64,000 nt of DNA, from the NCBI GenBank assembly GCA_013265495.1, contig MU058718.1, forward strand, positions 1,612,001 through 1,676,000, in the 5' to 3' direction. Below are positions 63,835 to 64,000 of this stretch, one piece after another. This DNA is from Vicugna vicugna (taxonomy: Eukaryota). A program made the position numbers and the translations under genes. Under the pieces are notes generated by a model. That model searched no databases. It had not been told where the DNA came from and worked only from the letters and a program-made list of their open reading frames with translations. Each line of letters begins with the position of its first letter. Positions within the stretch are counted from its first letter, which is position 1.

Positions 63835-63960
63835 AGCAGTCTTGCTAAAAGCATGGGCTCAACCAACCTCTATTAAATCACAGCCTTTGGTCTGGGATCC
63901 GGAAGTCTGCATTAAGCACTGGAGGTGATGTCTGTGCCCACCAACATTTGGAAAGTCATT
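63835..63960. mobile_element. MER5-type MITE fragment
   Basis: 'gggatccggaagtctgcattaagcact...ggtgatgtctgtgcccaccaacatttggaaagtcat'. Confidence 0.5.
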
Positions 63961-64000
63961 CAGCATGGAATAGTTTGTGTTAATATAGGAAGCCCTTGTG

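Noticed and set aside
1..64000. CRISPR arrays, operons or a novel multi-gene system
   Set aside because: The window is eutherian non-coding DNA with no repeat-spacer array, no long ORFs and no intact transposon or retroviral genes.

Overview
This is mammalian non-coding DNA (intergenic or deep intronic). It is most likely camelid: it has a tRNA-Ala(AGC)-derived vic-1-type SINE and cetartiodactyl-type young L1 3' ends, and I saw no Alu, B1/B2, Bov-tA/BovB, PRE-1 or SINEC. I found no supportable protein-coding gene. The only recognisable peptides in the ORF track are fossil L1 ORF2 and L2 reverse-transcriptase fragments. The window is a mosaic of old eutherian repeats (MIR, L2, L3/CR1, L1M, MLT1, ERVL/ERV1 solo LTRs, hAT MITEs), young L1/SINE insertions with target-site duplications (TSDs), and repeat-poor, CpG-retaining blocks that look like enhancers. 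The most notable items are: a tailless tRNA-Ala(TGC) gene relic with intact A/B boxes next to a CTCF motif; a MER41-like LTR with altered STAT sites; a 5'-inverted (twin-primed) L1; an amniote-age MIR in a CpG-retaining block; convergent CTCF motifs; and a MER53 nested in a MER20. I see no evidence of a genuinely new biological system. Repeat family names come from my recall of consensus sequences, not from a search, and boundaries of old repeats are approximate.
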